From Promethearchaeota archaeon (lineage in GTDB: Archaea > Asgardarchaeota > Lokiarchaeia > Sigyniarchaeales > SOKP01), in assembly GCA_030599585.1 (NCBI GenBank), contig JAUVNS010000017.1:1-64000 (forward strand): DNA of 64,000 nucleotides, written 5' to 3'. The position numbers were made by a program, and so were the translations under genes. Shown here piece after piece: positions 38,603-49,310 of this stretch (positions within the stretch are counted from its first letter, which is position 1; each line of letters starts with the position of its first letter). The notes under the pieces were generated by a model that was not told the origin of the DNA, did not search any database, and was given only the letters and a program-made list of their open reading frames with translations.

Positions 38603-41284
38603 TCATTTTCTAATCCTTTCTATAATATTTGGAATATCCGAAATCTCCTCGTTATATATGGGATCTAAATTAGGTACTCCTTTAGAAATGTTTAATACGC
38701 TCTCAAAAGAGTAAATTAAATTTTCTAAATAATCAGTAATGTCACCCTTGTAAATCATAATTTCCAATTCATTTTCAAGATATTCAGCAATTTCTTTTAT
38801 TGAAAAATTATCCTCAATTCTTAAATTCAAGATTATCCTTTCTAAATTCAGCCTACCACATTCACAATAAGGGTTATCTTTACAATCGCAGTTAAAGATT
38901 TCTGTTGTCCATTTTACAACATATCTTATAAAATCATCCGAAAATGATCGTCTTTTCTTCACATAATTAGCATCCATTAAAGATAAATTGCTTGCGCTGA
39001 AGAAATTATTTGAGGAGTACTTTGCTGGTCTATGTTTCGATAAATCTGCGACGACTCTTTTAGTGAGATAAACATTTCTTAAGCTTTTTAACTCTAGGAC
39101 TATTTCGATAATCTTTTTTTCTTTCTTCTTTAGTTCTTCAATAATGCCTAGACTTTTCTCAATAGTTAAAAATGATTTCGCAACAGATTGACCCAAAAAA
39201 GTAGCTTTGTACAGATTTCCGTTATTTAATCGAATGAGGCGATAACTTATTAATTTATTTATAAACCCTTGTATATCATAATTGGCATTAATTATATCGT
39301 CATTAAATTTATAAATGATTTCCTTTTCAACGCCTTCATTAAACATTGATATAAAAGCTAGAAGTTCTGTTAAGGATCTGTCTTCGTCGGGGTGTAGCTC
39401 AAAATCTTTGATTTTCCCATTAAGTAAGGTAATCGCTATGTTTTCTTCAGTAGTTTTATCTCTTGACGAATAGCTTTTCCCTGGTTCAATAAGGAGATAG
39501 GCTCTGCCCAAGTCGTGTTTTTTCAATCTACCAGCTCGACCTAACATTTGTTCAAAATCTGCTACTGTCAGAACATTTATCCCCATCAAAAGCGATTCAA
39601 AAATAACTTGTTTTGCAGGCAAGTCTACACCTGCTGCTAACGCTGCCGTGGCAACAACGGCTGCTATAGATTGTTTTTGAAATTGTTTTTCAATTATCAT
39701 TCGTTCCTCATTAGTTAATCCTGAATGATATGATTTTGTTCTTATATCTTTATTTTGCAGATAAGCAGCAAGTGACTCGCACTTTTTTCTTGAATTCGTA
39801 AATATAATTGATTGCCCCTTGAATCCGTAACTAGATTTCTCAAAAAATGCTGCTCGTACTAATCTCGTTATATTTCTCAACTTTATTGATTCGTTGAGAC
39901 ATAGGATCAAGTGTCTTTCGATTGGAACTGGACGATTATTATAATTAATCAATAGACAGTTTAATTTTTTGGCTAACGCATCTGGTTCGCCGATCGTAGC
40001 GCTTAAATATAAATATTGAGCATCGTTATATACCGATTTAAGTCTAGCAATTAAACCATCTAGGATAAAACCACGTTCTTGATCACTTAAAGTCTGAATT
40101 TCATCAATAATTATTGTTCCGAGGGAGCCTAAAAAAGCCTTATTGCCGCTTCTTAAAATATGATCTATCGCTTCGTAGGTAGCAATTATTACATCTGCTT
40201 TCTCTAGTGAATCTAAATCTTCCGGTTCCCTCTTATCTAATAAAGATTCTCCAATCTTCTTTATAACTGTTAAATTAAGGGATTTATACTTGGATTCAAA
40301 TTCTACAGTTCTTAAACTTGCTAACGCTCTGATTGGAACTAAATAAAGCATTTTTCTTTTATCACTAAGTATTCTCGAAATTCCTGCCAATTCACCTACT
40401 AAAGTTTTACCTGCTGAGGTGGGTGCCATAATTAATTGATTTGAGCGTTCTTTTATTAGTCCTCTTTCAATTGAAATTGCTTGTATTGGTAAAAGGGTTA
40501 AAATTTTCTGAGATTTTAGCAAATCTTTATATTTCTTCTGAATTTCGAGATCATCAACCCTATAATTTAAATATTTCTTACTTACTTGTGGATTCCTTTC
40601 AACATCGTACAACGTCATCTCTTTGTTTTTGACTGGATTAAAATCGACTTTAAAAGAATCCAAAACCCTTTTCGCATCTCTAAATTTCGTGATAAGATGA
40701 TTAAAGAAGTTCTTAAGTTTAGGGTTCAGTTTTTTAGATGAAACAAGTCCTGCAGCGCTTGCTTGTTTAATTATTAAGTCTAATGCGCAATTTGAGCAAA
40801 GGTATTGGTTTTGTAATGATTTTATCTTAGTTGTTTCGCTTAATAGGGTAAATTTCTTACTTTCTAAACATTTTTTGCAGAATGTAAGGTTTAAAATTTT
40901 ATCTTCTCCAAATTCTTTTCTTACAATAAAATTTTTTATAGGTTTAAATTCATCTGGTTGCGTTTGATCTGAAAAAGCAACAAATTTATTTTTAGCATCA
41001 AGTAAGAATTTTTTAAACAGTCTTGGGTTAATAGGTTCAAGGGTTCCATCTTTTTGGAGCTTAGAAAAGCTCACAGGTTGAAATTTATCTTGATAATCTG
41101 CTTCGAGGAGTACAGTCCCTCTGAAAAAGGGATCAGTGATATAAGAAAACGATTTGCTTTTTTTCTTAAATGATTTTAGATAAAAAAAATTAAGATTGAA
41201 TGACAGTTGCTTTTTGTTCTCCCAATTTCTATCAAAAACAATAAAGAAATCTTTAGTAAAGAGAGTTGTCAAAAGAAATTTCAC
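38603..41284 (-). CDS. Archaeal Ski2-like DEAD/DEAH helicase with N- and C-terminal Cys clusters
   Basis: APTSAGKT, DEIQ, SAT, YHSGL, QMLGRAGR; CKKC/CSNC and CDC...YCECG. Confidence 0.88.
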   Translation of the reverse strand: MKFLLTTLFTKDFFIVFDRNWENKKQLSFNLNFFYLKSFKKKSKSFSYITDPFFRGTVLLEADYQDKFQPVSFSKLQKDGTLEPINPRLFKKFLLDAKNKFVAFSDQTQPDEFKPIKNFIVRKEFGEDKILNLTFCKKCLESKKFTLLSETTKIKSLQNQYLCSNCALDLIIKQASAAGLVSSKKLNPKLKNFFNHLITKFRDAKRVLDSFKVDFNPVKNKEMTLYDVERNPQVSKKYLNYRVDDLEIQKKYKDLLKSQKILTLLPIQAISIERGLIKERSNQLIMAPTSAGKTLVGELAGISRILSDKRKMLYLVPIRALASLRTVEFESKYKSLNLTVIKKIGESLLDKREPEDLDSLEKADVIIATYEAIDHILRSGNKAFLGSLGTIIIDEIQTLSDQERGFILDGLIARLKSVYNDAQYLYLSATIGEPDALAKKLNCLLINYNNRPVPIERHLILCLNESIKLRNITRLVRAAFFEKSSYGFKGQSIIFTNSRKKCESLAAYLQNKDIRTKSYHSGLTNEERMIIEKQFQKQSIAAVVATAALAAGVDLPAKQVIFESLLMGINVLTVADFEQMLGRAGRLKKHDLGRAYLLIEPGKSYSSRDKTTEENIAITLLNGKIKDFELHPDEDRSLTELLAFISMFNEGVEKEIIYKFNDDIINANYDIQGFINKLISYRLIRLNNGNLYKATFLGQSVAKSFLTIEKSLGIIEELKKKEKKIIEIVLELKSLRNVYLTKRVVADLSKHRPAKYSSNNFFSASNLSLMDANYVKKRRSFSDDFIRYVVKWTTEIFNCDCKDNPYCECGRLNLERIILNLRIEDNFSIKEIAEYLENELEIMIYKGDITDYLENLIYSFESVLNISKGVPNLDPIYNEEISDIPNIIERIRK

Positions 41285-41336
41285 TAATTTTATATAGTAG
41301 TCTTACTAATATTGTTCAAACAAAAAAAATCAGAAT

Positions 41337-41504
41337 CTAAAATCCAAAAACGGCTTTTATTTTATCGTAAACTTGTTTAATTTGCCTTAACTTAGCCTCA
41401 TCGCCCTGATTTATAAAATGCTCAATCCACTGGGCTAAGCCACCTCCACTAGGTGACATCCATTCTTTAAAATACTCAACTGCTTGACGTTCTTCTGCTG
41501 ACAT
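41337..41504 (-). CDS. Small hypothetical protein, 55 aa (below the ORF-track cutoff)
   Basis: Hand-translated MSAEERQAVEYFKEWMSPSGGGLAQWIEHFINQGDEAKLRQIKQVYDKIKAVFGF*; fills the intergenic gap. Confidence 0.7.
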   Translation of the reverse strand: MSAEERQAVEYFKEWMSPSGGGLAQWIEHFINQGDEAKLRQIKQVYDKIKAVFGF

Positions 41505-41602
41505 TGTTGTTAGTAATTTTTATTATAATTTCTGCTATATAAAATTATTAAATTAGTCTATTTTATATCTTTATAATTTTAAATAATAGTTAAAATTTAT
41601 TA

Positions 41603-42574
41603 GTGGATATTAAAATGACAGATGTTCGAATTAAAAGTCCGAATTTAGACGAAATCTTTGAAAAGTGGAAGCAACGTGCTGTGAGAAGCGATAAAAAAAA
41701 GATGGAAAAACAGTTTGGTACCAAAGGGGCTATTTTTTCATTAGATGCCATAAGCGCGGCAGAATACGTCAAAGACATAAAAAAGGAAATTGCGATTTAT
41801 TTTGCGATTAAAAAAACAGTAGGGGAAGTAAAAACAAAAACGGAAGAAAAATCCGTTCTACCGCCTAAAGTAGCTAGAGAAACCTTTTATTCGTTTAAGG
41901 GTAAAGCAAAGATCAATAAAGACGACTGGAAGGGCGATGATATGGTACCCTTGTATGAAACACTCAAAACAATTCCATGCAAAAATTGTAATGGGAAGGG
42001 TTATGTTGAAAACAAGTGTAAGACATGTAAGGGCACAGGAAAGATCGAAGAACAGTTGCAAGTTTTAACTGGTGAGGAGCAAAAAAAGGAAGTTAAACCA
42101 TTTTCCTATTCGTGTGGTGTGTGCTTTGGTACAGGTTCACATAAGGAACAATGCAGAGATTGTGGTGGATATAAAAACTTGTATAAGTACCAAATTTTAC
42201 CAGTTCCTTTTAAAACTGTTGTGACCGGCATTCCAGTGCTACACAGCAGCGCACAAACTAAATATGAAAAAGAAATTGAACGGGACCTTCATCAAATGAT
42301 TGAAGAAGTCGAAGGTATCCGGTTTAATGATTTTAAAGAACTTGAATCGAAGAGCGAAGCTTCATTAGGGTATTGGAACAAGAACATTAAGAAGACGATA
42401 AGCACTGCAGGAAGTGATTATAAAAGTTATTCAAAAGATAAAGAAGCTCAAATCACTACGCAAATCTATCTATTTCCTATGATTCAAATGTTCTGTGAAA
42501 CAAAAAAAGGAGCTAAGTTCGAAATATACAGTTTAGGTTCAGCAAATAAATTTATGATATATTCTAATTTTTAA
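41603..42574 (+). CDS. Protein with a DnaJ-type CxxCxGxG zinc finger but no J-domain
   Basis: CKNCNGKG, CKTCKGTG, CGVCFGTG, CRDCGG; no HPD. Confidence 0.75.
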   Translation: MDIKMTDVRIKSPNLDEIFEKWKQRAVRSDKKKMEKQFGTKGAIFSLDAISAAEYVKDIKKEIAIYFAIKKTVGEVKTKTEEKSVLPPKVARETFYSFKGKAKINKDDWKGDDMVPLYETLKTIPCKNCNGKGYVENKCKTCKGTGKIEEQLQVLTGEEQKKEVKPFSYSCGVCFGTGSHKEQCRDCGGYKNLYKYQILPVPFKTVVTGIPVLHSSAQTKYEKEIERDLHQMIEEVEGIRFNDFKELESKSEASLGYWNKNIKKTISTAGSDYKSYSKDKEAQITTQIYLFPMIQMFCETKKGAKFEIYSLGSANKFMIYSNF

Positions 42575-42644
42575 AATATTTTTTTAATTTTTTTTTTATA
42601 CCTTTTTTACATTTTATTTTTTTATGAGAGCAGGTTGTAGGGAC

Positions 42645-45242
42645 TTATTCAAGTATATCGTATCGATTAAATAATTTCATAACTAATTTTAAAACCCAAT
42701 AAAACTTTCTTGGAATTCGACCTATTAAAGCGTTAAAACTAGTCATCATATCCGACTGTAATGAGTGTCTATTAAGTTCAAAATTGGGGTAACATAACCC
42801 CCCCGTAACTTTAGGCGGTGAGCCAAAACTCTTAACTTTCCTCCACTGTCCGTTAAATTCTCTAGTTCCAAACCAACTCTTATCAGTATAAATTTTAATT
42901 ATACGATCTGATTTTAATTTAATTTCACCATAAATATTCACTGATCCTACTCCACCAGCGTATTGCATAGTTTCTATTAGAATTATATTTTCACCTTTCC
43001 TGATGTAGTCTTTTAAATCAAAAATTTGGATGTTATTTTTTAACACAACATAGTTTAACGATTGTCTGGTAATTACATGTCCCACGAGTTTGTTATTTAA
43101 GCTCAATTTAGCAAAGTTCCATCCAATTACTTGCACGTAAGCACTTTTAATTTCTTCTTGGATTTTAAAAGTTTTTTTAAAAAATACAGTATCAACTTGG
43201 TGTTTTTTCTTAGAATCAAGATATATAGTTTCACTGGGGAGGTTAGGATTTATCCATTCTCTCCTACTATTAATTTCTTCGATTTTTTCACGATAGAACT
43301 CTATTAACCAGAGATATTTGATTTTAATTGCTTCAAAACCATCTTTCTTAGCGGTGCTCATCCAAATCGATTCGTATTCATCAAGGAGAGACGTTAAATC
43401 CTGTATTAGGTTTTTGATTTCTTCTATTATTTGCGTTTTTAAGCTTATTTTTAGTCTTTTTGGATTATAAGCAACTAATTTCTTTGAGTTAATTCTTTTT
43501 TTACAGTAAAATTTAATGTGTTTTGCAATAAAGGCAAAAACCTGCAGATTTTCTTCATTCATTAACACATCCAATTCCAATTCTTTACAAGTTGTAATAA
43601 TATCATCCATATCTTTAATTACAGCATCAAATTTTGAGGTTTTAAGATTTTTTCTATGGATTTTGCTTTTCTTATTGTAAGGATGGGAGAAGAAGTGATT
43701 ATAGTAAAATGTCTGTCGAGTATGTAAACGATTGCTGGCTTCCACAGTTCTCAATATTTTTATTACTTTCAATAATCGTGAATCATCAATCCCAAAAAAA
43801 TGAAATAAAACGCTCTTCCAGAATATAAGGAAATTCATTTCCCTAACAGGATCCCAACCTATTTGAGCTGAATAAATAAATCCGTATATTCTATTCTCTC
43901 TGATTTCTTTATTATTAAAGTCTCCCCAGCTTGAAGTAATTTCTCCAATTGCCCCATTTTCATAACCGTATTTAATTAAGTTTGTTATATTTTTTTCTGA
44001 ACGCAAAAAGGAAGGAAAAATTCGATTATAATCAATTATAGATGGGCTAACAACTAGCGGTAATTTAAATTCTTTAATTTTATCAACAATTGGATGTTTA
44101 TCTTTGGTATTATATTTCCAATACATGATAATTATGTCCTCCGGTAACCCCTCAAGTACTTCCTTATGTTTATAAAGAATGTCGTGATAGATAATGATTT
44201 TGGTGTATCCATGTTTTTTTACAATTTCGTGCACTTTTTTGTAATGTTTTAGATATGCCTGGCTGATTCCTACTTTTTCGACATAAGCTTTGGATGCACC
44301 CTTCCCTACATCCCAGCTTTCGTCTGCACCTATGTGGAAATACTCTGATTTAAACACTTCATGTAATTCCCCTATCATGTTATCTAAAAGAGTGTATATC
44401 TGCTCATTTGCTATATTTAAACTATTCGAGCCGGGAAATTCTCCGTAATCCCAGAAATTTTCATCATGAAGGATATTTTCCCAGTGCCCAATCGTTTGAA
44501 AAATAGGTATTAATTCTACAAAATGTCTTTTTGCATAATCAAATAAATCTTTTATTTCTGCTTTAGAATAAGCTCCTCTGCCTTTACCAATATCAGGATA
44601 ATTTTCAAATTTAAACATATCTTGCATATAAACTAAATAATAATGGTTAATTTTGAAATGACTCAGCGTTTTAATGAATTTCTTTAAGTTTTCAACGGTT
44701 GCTGCTTGACCTCTTGATATATCGTCAGACACGCCTCTTATCTTTAATCTAGGATAATCGACAATAGCCACCTGTCTGAGTAAGTTTTTTGAGTTGGTAG
44801 AATTTAGAAGCTGAATTATAGTTTGGATACCATAATAAATGCCTTGAAGAGAATCTGCTTTTAAATACATTGTCGAGGCTTCAGAAAAAAGAAAGTATCC
44901 TTGTTCAATTGCGTTTTGGTTTCTTTTAACACTATTTAAATCTAGTTGTGGGAAATTTTTTTCGCACAAACTCAATATCACTTTATCGTTCTCTGCTGTA
45001 TTCAGAGAATTCTTTTCGTACCGTACCTTCAATTCAAATTCTTTTTCATAAAGTTGTAGATGTTCTATAAGCTGTTCTAAAACAAACCAATCTTCTTTAG
45101 GTATATCAGTTAAAATTAAAGAATTTCCACTGAATTGCAATAATTGAGTATCCGTTAGCTTATAATAAAGAGGTAACGGAAGTAACGAAATTTCTTTTGA
45201 ATCTATTTCAGTTTTAATTAAGCTACTTATGCAAATTAACAT
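42645..45242 (-). CDS. Glycoside hydrolase family 20 (beta-N-acetylhexosaminidase)
   Basis: [23 protein letters not shown] catalytic motif. Confidence 0.88.
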   Translation of the reverse strand: MLICISSLIKTEIDSKEISLLPLPLYYKLTDTQLLQFSGNSLILTDIPKEDWFVLEQLIEHLQLYEKEFELKVRYEKNSLNTAENDKVILSLCEKNFPQLDLNSVKRNQNAIEQGYFLFSEASTMYLKADSLQGIYYGIQTIIQLLNSTNSKNLLRQVAIVDYPRLKIRGVSDDISRGQAATVENLKKFIKTLSHFKINHYYLVYMQDMFKFENYPDIGKGRGAYSKAEIKDLFDYAKRHFVELIPIFQTIGHWENILHDENFWDYGEFPGSNSLNIANEQIYTLLDNMIGELHEVFKSEYFHIGADESWDVGKGASKAYVEKVGISQAYLKHYKKVHEIVKKHGYTKIIIYHDILYKHKEVLEGLPEDIIIMYWKYNTKDKHPIVDKIKEFKLPLVVSPSIIDYNRIFPSFLRSEKNITNLIKYGYENGAIGEITSSWGDFNNKEIRENRIYGFIYSAQIGWDPVREMNFLIFWKSVLFHFFGIDDSRLLKVIKILRTVEASNRLHTRQTFYYNHFFSHPYNKKSKIHRKNLKTSKFDAVIKDMDDIITTCKELELDVLMNEENLQVFAFIAKHIKFYCKKRINSKKLVAYNPKRLKISLKTQIIEEIKNLIQDLTSLLDEYESIWMSTAKKDGFEAIKIKYLWLIEFYREKIEEINSRREWINPNLPSETIYLDSKKKHQVDTVFFKKTFKIQEEIKSAYVQVIGWNFAKLSLNNKLVGHVITRQSLNYVVLKNNIQIFDLKDYIRKGENIILIETMQYAGGVGSVNIYGEIKLKSDRIIKIYTDKSWFGTREFNGQWRKVKSFGSPPKVTGGLCYPNFELNRHSLQSDMMTSFNALIGRIPRKFYWVLKLVMKLFNRYDILE

Positions 45243-45458
45243 AATTATAAATTATACAAATCGATTAATTTTAATATTTATTATTTAAAGAAACGAGAGA
45301 TTTCGACTTTTCTGTAATTGGCAAACTCGATCTCAATTAATTCGCTTGAATTTTTTAGGTATTCCTCAAATTTCATCAAGCTCATGCTTAAAATGAGAGA
45401 AAAATTATAAATATGAATTCTTCATATACTAAATTGGAAAAACATTGAACTCTTATGT

Positions 45459-46073
45459 GTGTCTAATGTTATTATGAATAATCAAAAATTAGCAAGAAAA
45501 CCGAATTTTTTAGGCTATCTACTCCCCTTTAATTCACTATCATTATCTATGATTGGCATTTTTGGAGCATTTACTTGTGTGGTTACTATGGTGATAGCAT
45601 TCCCCATCCCAGCCACTAACGGCTTTATAAATATCGGAGATGCTGTTGTTATGATAACTGGATTAATGTTTGGGCCAATAATTGGAGGTATTGCAGGTGG
45701 CATTGGGTCTTCTTTAGCTGATTTATTCTTAGGTTATGCAATTTATGCCCCTGCCACACTCGTCATAAAAGGCTTAGAAGGTTTTTTTGTAGGATTAATA
45801 GCAAATCCAAAAAAGAATCATAAATGGAATTACAGAGATTTTATAGCTGTAATAGTAGGTGGATTTATAATGATAATTGGATATTTTCTTTACGAAACTA
45901 TGATATTTGGATTACCTAGTGCTCTGTATGAATTTATTTTAAACAGTATAATCCAATTTGGTTTGGGTTCAGTAATTGCCTTAATATTCATTTTCGCAGC
46001 AAGAAAGAATATTAAAACAAGTTTGCCACAAGTGTTCGATAAAATATACATCTCTCCTGAATTAACTGAGTAA
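45459..46073 (+). CDS. ECF transporter S component
   Basis: IPATNGFINIGD, GSSLADL, APATLVIKGLEG. Confidence 0.85.
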   Translation: MSNVIMNNQKLARKPNFLGYLLPFNSLSLSMIGIFGAFTCVVTMVIAFPIPATNGFINIGDAVVMITGLMFGPIIGGIAGGIGSSLADLFLGYAIYAPATLVIKGLEGFFVGLIANPKKNHKWNYRDFIAVIVGGFIMIIGYFLYETMIFGLPSALYEFILNSIIQFGLGSVIALIFIFAARKNIKTSLPQVFDKIYISPELTE

Positions 46074-46147
46074 ATAAATTTACGATCGATCGTAAAATTT
46101 ATATTTTTTAAATCATCAATTATCTAAGAATAGGTAATAATGGTGTA

Positions 46148-46909
46148 ATTATCATTCTTGAATGGATAATTTTATTTAGTATTTTAGGTAGTATTGGAGC
46201 GATTTCAGCAGCCGCTCTTTTTGTACTATTAACAGAAAGAGTTCAAAAATCGCTCATTTCAATGTTGATCTCATTTGCGACTGGAACTTTGCTCACAGCA
46301 GCGTTATTTGGATTAATTCCTGAAGCGATAGAGAGTGCGGGGGGGGAACCCCATACTGTAATGCCATTTGTTTTAGGTGGCATTCTTTTCTTCTTTTTCT
46401 TGGAAAAAATAATTATATGGCGAAATTGCGCCGACGAGGACTGCGATGTTCACGCAGCAGCTGGGCCTATTATCTTGATTGGTGATGCATTTCATAATTT
46501 TATAGATGGAATTGTCATTGCTGCGAGCTTTCTTACAAGTTTTACAGTTGGAATAAGCGTAAGTCTTGCTATAATTGCTCATGAAGTTCCACAAGAGACA
46601 GGGGATTTTGGAATCCTTTTACATGGTGGTTTTTCAAAAAAGAAAGCTTTTTTTCTTAACACACTATCAAGTGTAACAACAATTCCAGCAGCAATAGTCA
46701 GTTATTTCGTTTTAGCAGAAATATCCTTTATCGTACCCTACGCCTTAGCAATTTCAGCAGCAAGTTTTCTTTACATTGCTTTATCAGATTTAACACCTGA
46801 GTTACATAAGAAGTGGGGGCTCAAGCACACAATACAACAATTAATTTTAATCTTATTAGGGGTTACAGTAATGATCTTAACCATGAGTGTCATGGGTCAC
46901 AATCATTAA
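46148..46909 (+). CDS. ZIP-family zinc/metal transporter (N-terminus extends upstream of track start 46262; exact start uncertain)
   Basis: GDAFHNFIDG, AHEVPQETGDF. The open upstream frame encodes the expected TM1 (IILEWIILFSILGSIGAISAAALFVLL). Confidence 0.85.
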   Translation: MIILEWIILFSILGSIGAISAAALFVLLTERVQKSLISMLISFATGTLLTAALFGLIPEAIESAGGEPHTVMPFVLGGILFFFFLEKIIIWRNCADEDCDVHAAAGPIILIGDAFHNFIDGIVIAASFLTSFTVGISVSLAIIAHEVPQETGDFGILLHGGFSKKKAFFLNTLSSVTTIPAAIVSYFVLAEISFIVPYALAISAASFLYIALSDLTPELHKKWGLKHTIQQLILILLGVTVMILTMSVMGHNH

Positions 46910-46938
46910 TTTATCAAAATCAAGTAATAAATCGAGCT

Positions 46939-47361
46939 ATGCAAGATTTAGAGTATACTGTTATTAAGTTTTTATTTCAGAAGAGTATTCCTTTAAAAGT
47001 TGGAAAAATTGCTAAAGAACTCAATATACCTCACTCTACATTGGGGAGTTGCATTACGAGATTAAAAACAAAGGGATTTGTAGAATATGAAGCTTATCGT
47101 GAAGTCGAATTAACTTCTAAGGGTAAGGATTTAGCAATTGAATTAATCAGGCACGCAAGACTCTTAGAAATTTTTCTCCATAACGAATTAGGCGTAAAAC
47201 CAGAACTTGCTCATAGCGAAAGTGAAAATTTAAATCTGCTTTTCTCGTGTGAAACCATAAATAAGATTTGTAAGAAATATGAGCATCCAAAAAAATGTCC
47301 TTGTGGTGAAGTGATCTTAAGTTCTAGTCACTGTGGATGTGAAACAGAAGTAAAAAAATAG
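46939..47361 (+). CDS. DtxR/MntR-family metal-dependent repressor
   Basis: IAKELNI...LTSKG...RHARLLEIFL...HPKKCPCG. ATG 46939 is preferred over track start 46813, which overlaps the ZIP gene. Confidence 0.88.
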   Translation: MQDLEYTVIKFLFQKSIPLKVGKIAKELNIPHSTLGSCITRLKTKGFVEYEAYREVELTSKGKDLAIELIRHARLLEIFLHNELGVKPELAHSESENLNLLFSCETINKICKKYEHPKKCPCGEVILSSSHCGCETEVKK

Positions 47362-47405
47362 AGAATAAGAATATAAATACTAAATAATATCGTTAGAGGA
47401 GTAGG

Positions 47406-47645
47406 TTAGGCTTTAAAAGGTTTATCGTGAATAACTTTATCAATTGCGTCCATACAAGCATCTTCCCAGTCATCATTCGGATCAATTTCTTCGGAACAGT
47501 CAGAACACCAATCGTCAGAATATCCGTCATCGAAATCATCACTTTCTAAATCGCCATTTAAAGTCCCACCGCAATAAAAGCATTCATTATCGTCGTATCT
47601 ATCTAAAATTTCTGCTATTAACTTGATTTTTTTCTTATTGTTAAT
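47406..47645 (-). CDS. Small acidic zinc-finger protein, ~79 aa, apparent ATT start
   Basis: Hand-translated INNKKKIKLIAEILDRYDDNECFYCGG...WCSDCSEEIDPNDDWEDACMDAIDKVIHDKPFKA*. AGGTG lies just upstream. Confidence 0.65.
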   Translation of the reverse strand: MNNKKKIKLIAEILDRYDDNECFYCGGTLNGDLESDDFDDGYSDDWCSDCSEEIDPNDDWEDACMDAIDKVIHDKPFKA

Positions 47646-47740
47646 TTTTCACACCTATTTCTCGATATATAAATCTTTATTATAATATGGGTCTTAATAT
47701 AAAAAAAGTATAGGCAAAAATTTTTAGTAAGAAAAGTGAA

Positions 47741-48775
47741 TCAGATTACCATCTTTGAAGCTTTGATTAAAGATTTTTCAGCGGTTGCTACAATGTTATC
47801 CATTATATCTTTAACGCTTTCAATAGATTTAATAACTCCAATACTTTGACCCAATAATACTGCACCATCATCGACATTTCCCTCATAAGTCATTTCATAG
47901 TGTTTTTGGTCTTCTAAAGCCTTTTGTGGAGTAAGTTGAGCTTCAAGAGCCATCTTTTCTTCTTTGCTAGTTACTACTCCATGGTCAAGTGAGTATTTAT
48001 TCCTCCAAAGTCTAATAGGACCTAATACACCAGTAACCCACATTGTATCATTTGCTCCAGCAGCTGGTACGATATTTTTATAATTTTCATGAAACTCACT
48101 TTCTTTTGAGGCTATAAATCTAGAACCCATCGCAATCCCTCCTGCTCCAAGCGATAAAGCTGCAGCCATTCCTTCTCCTGTAGCTATCCCCCCGCATGCT
48201 ATTAATGGGAGGTCAGGGTGTTTCAATTTAACTTGCTGGAGAAGAACTAAAGAGCTTACTCTTTCATAGGATTGGTGGCCTCCACCTTCCCATCCCGTTA
48301 CTACTACACCATCGCATCCAGCAGTCACGCATTTGTCTGCCAACCATAGGGCAGGTGCTACATGAAAATGTTTTATCTCTGATCCACCATCTCTTAGTTT
48401 TTGAAATGCTTTGTTATAGATCATCTTTGGAGTACCAGCGCTCGTGATTATATAACGACATTGTTCTTTGATCTTGGGGTTGTTGTTAATGAACCGAGGA
48501 ATTGCCCGACATAAGCCAGGTGCATCCATTTGCATTCTTGAAGTTCTAATGTTAAAGCCAAAAGGTTTATCTGTATGTTCAACAACATACTCCATATTTT
48601 TCTTCATTTCAGTCAAACTACTTTTACCAAATAAATTAGTATGACTTAATACTCCAAGACCTCCAGCTTCAGAAACCGCAATAGTTAAATCTGTGGTATA
48701 AAATGGACCCATTGGAGCAGCTAAAATAGGATATTTAATCCCAAACATTTCAGTGATGTTAGTTTTTAAACCCAA
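47741..48775 (-). CDS. Nitronate monooxygenase / FabK-like flavoprotein
   Basis: PILAAPMG, GGLG, EGGGH, GGIA, MGSRF. Confidence 0.88.
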   Translation of the reverse strand: MGLKTNITEMFGIKYPILAAPMGPFYTTDLTIAVSEAGGLGVLSHTNLFGKSSLTEMKKNMEYVVEHTDKPFGFNIRTSRMQMDAPGLCRAIPRFINNNPKIKEQCRYIITSAGTPKMIYNKAFQKLRDGGSEIKHFHVAPALWLADKCVTAGCDGVVVTGWEGGGHQSYERVSSLVLLQQVKLKHPDLPLIACGGIATGEGMAAALSLGAGGIAMGSRFIASKESEFHENYKNIVPAAGANDTMWVTGVLGPIRLWRNKYSLDHGVVTSKEEKMALEAQLTPQKALEDQKHYEMTYEGNVDDGAVLLGQSIGVIKSIESVKDIMDNIVATAEKSLIKASKMVI

Positions 48776-48929
48776 TCTCTTTCCCTATTATAATGTTTTA
48801 ATTGTTATTAAGAAAATAATATGAAATGTATTAAATAATCTTTTTGACCTTTTAAATACGAAAAAATGCTTTTAGTTAAGGAAATATTTCTGTTCTTTCA
48901 AAAAAAACTTATACAAAAAAAATTAAATT

Positions 48930-49184
48930 TTACAGAAAGAATCCGAAGATACTATTGAAATAAAGAATGATAATTATAGCTACCACCACAAAAACAATCG
49001 CTAGTAGATAAGACTTCTTTTTAACCTTCCGATTCATTTTCACTTTACAACTAGGGCAATCTATCGTTGGTGCATTAGTTCTTAAAGAAACTCCATGCTC
49101 GATATGTTCGCTACAAAGTGGAACTCCACATTTTGAGCAATTAGCAACAGATGGTTTTCCACATATACTGCATTTTGATTCCAT
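48930..49184 (-). CDS. Small zinc-finger protein with a C-terminal TM anchor
   Basis: CSIC, CSKC..LCSEH, CPSC, then a hydrophobic tail. Confidence 0.7.
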   Translation of the reverse strand: MESKCSICGKPSVANCSKCGVPLCSEHIEHGVSLRTNAPTIDCPSCKVKMNRKVKKKSYLLAIVFVVVAIIIILYFNSIFGFFL

Positions 49185-49310
49185 AGATCAAACCTTGATA
49201 ATTAGAGGGACTATGTAATTAATTAAGATATATTTTATTTTAAAAACTTGTTTTATATAAAATAAAGGCTACAATTTTATATCCTACTGAAAATTTGTGA
49301 TTTAGATGCA

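Noticed and set aside
46813-46938. N-terminal extension of the DtxR-family ORF
   Set aside because: Overlaps the ZIP gene; family similarity starts at ATG 46939.
47444-47626. 60-aa His/Arg-rich plus-strand ORF
   Set aside because: Shadow of the minus-strand CxxC protein at 47406..47645.
47646-47654. GTG-TGA upstream of the acidic zinc-finger gene as a second Sec codon
   Set aside because: Sec would be residue 2, no SECIS-like hairpin was seen downstream, and the GGTG is better read as a ribosome-binding site.
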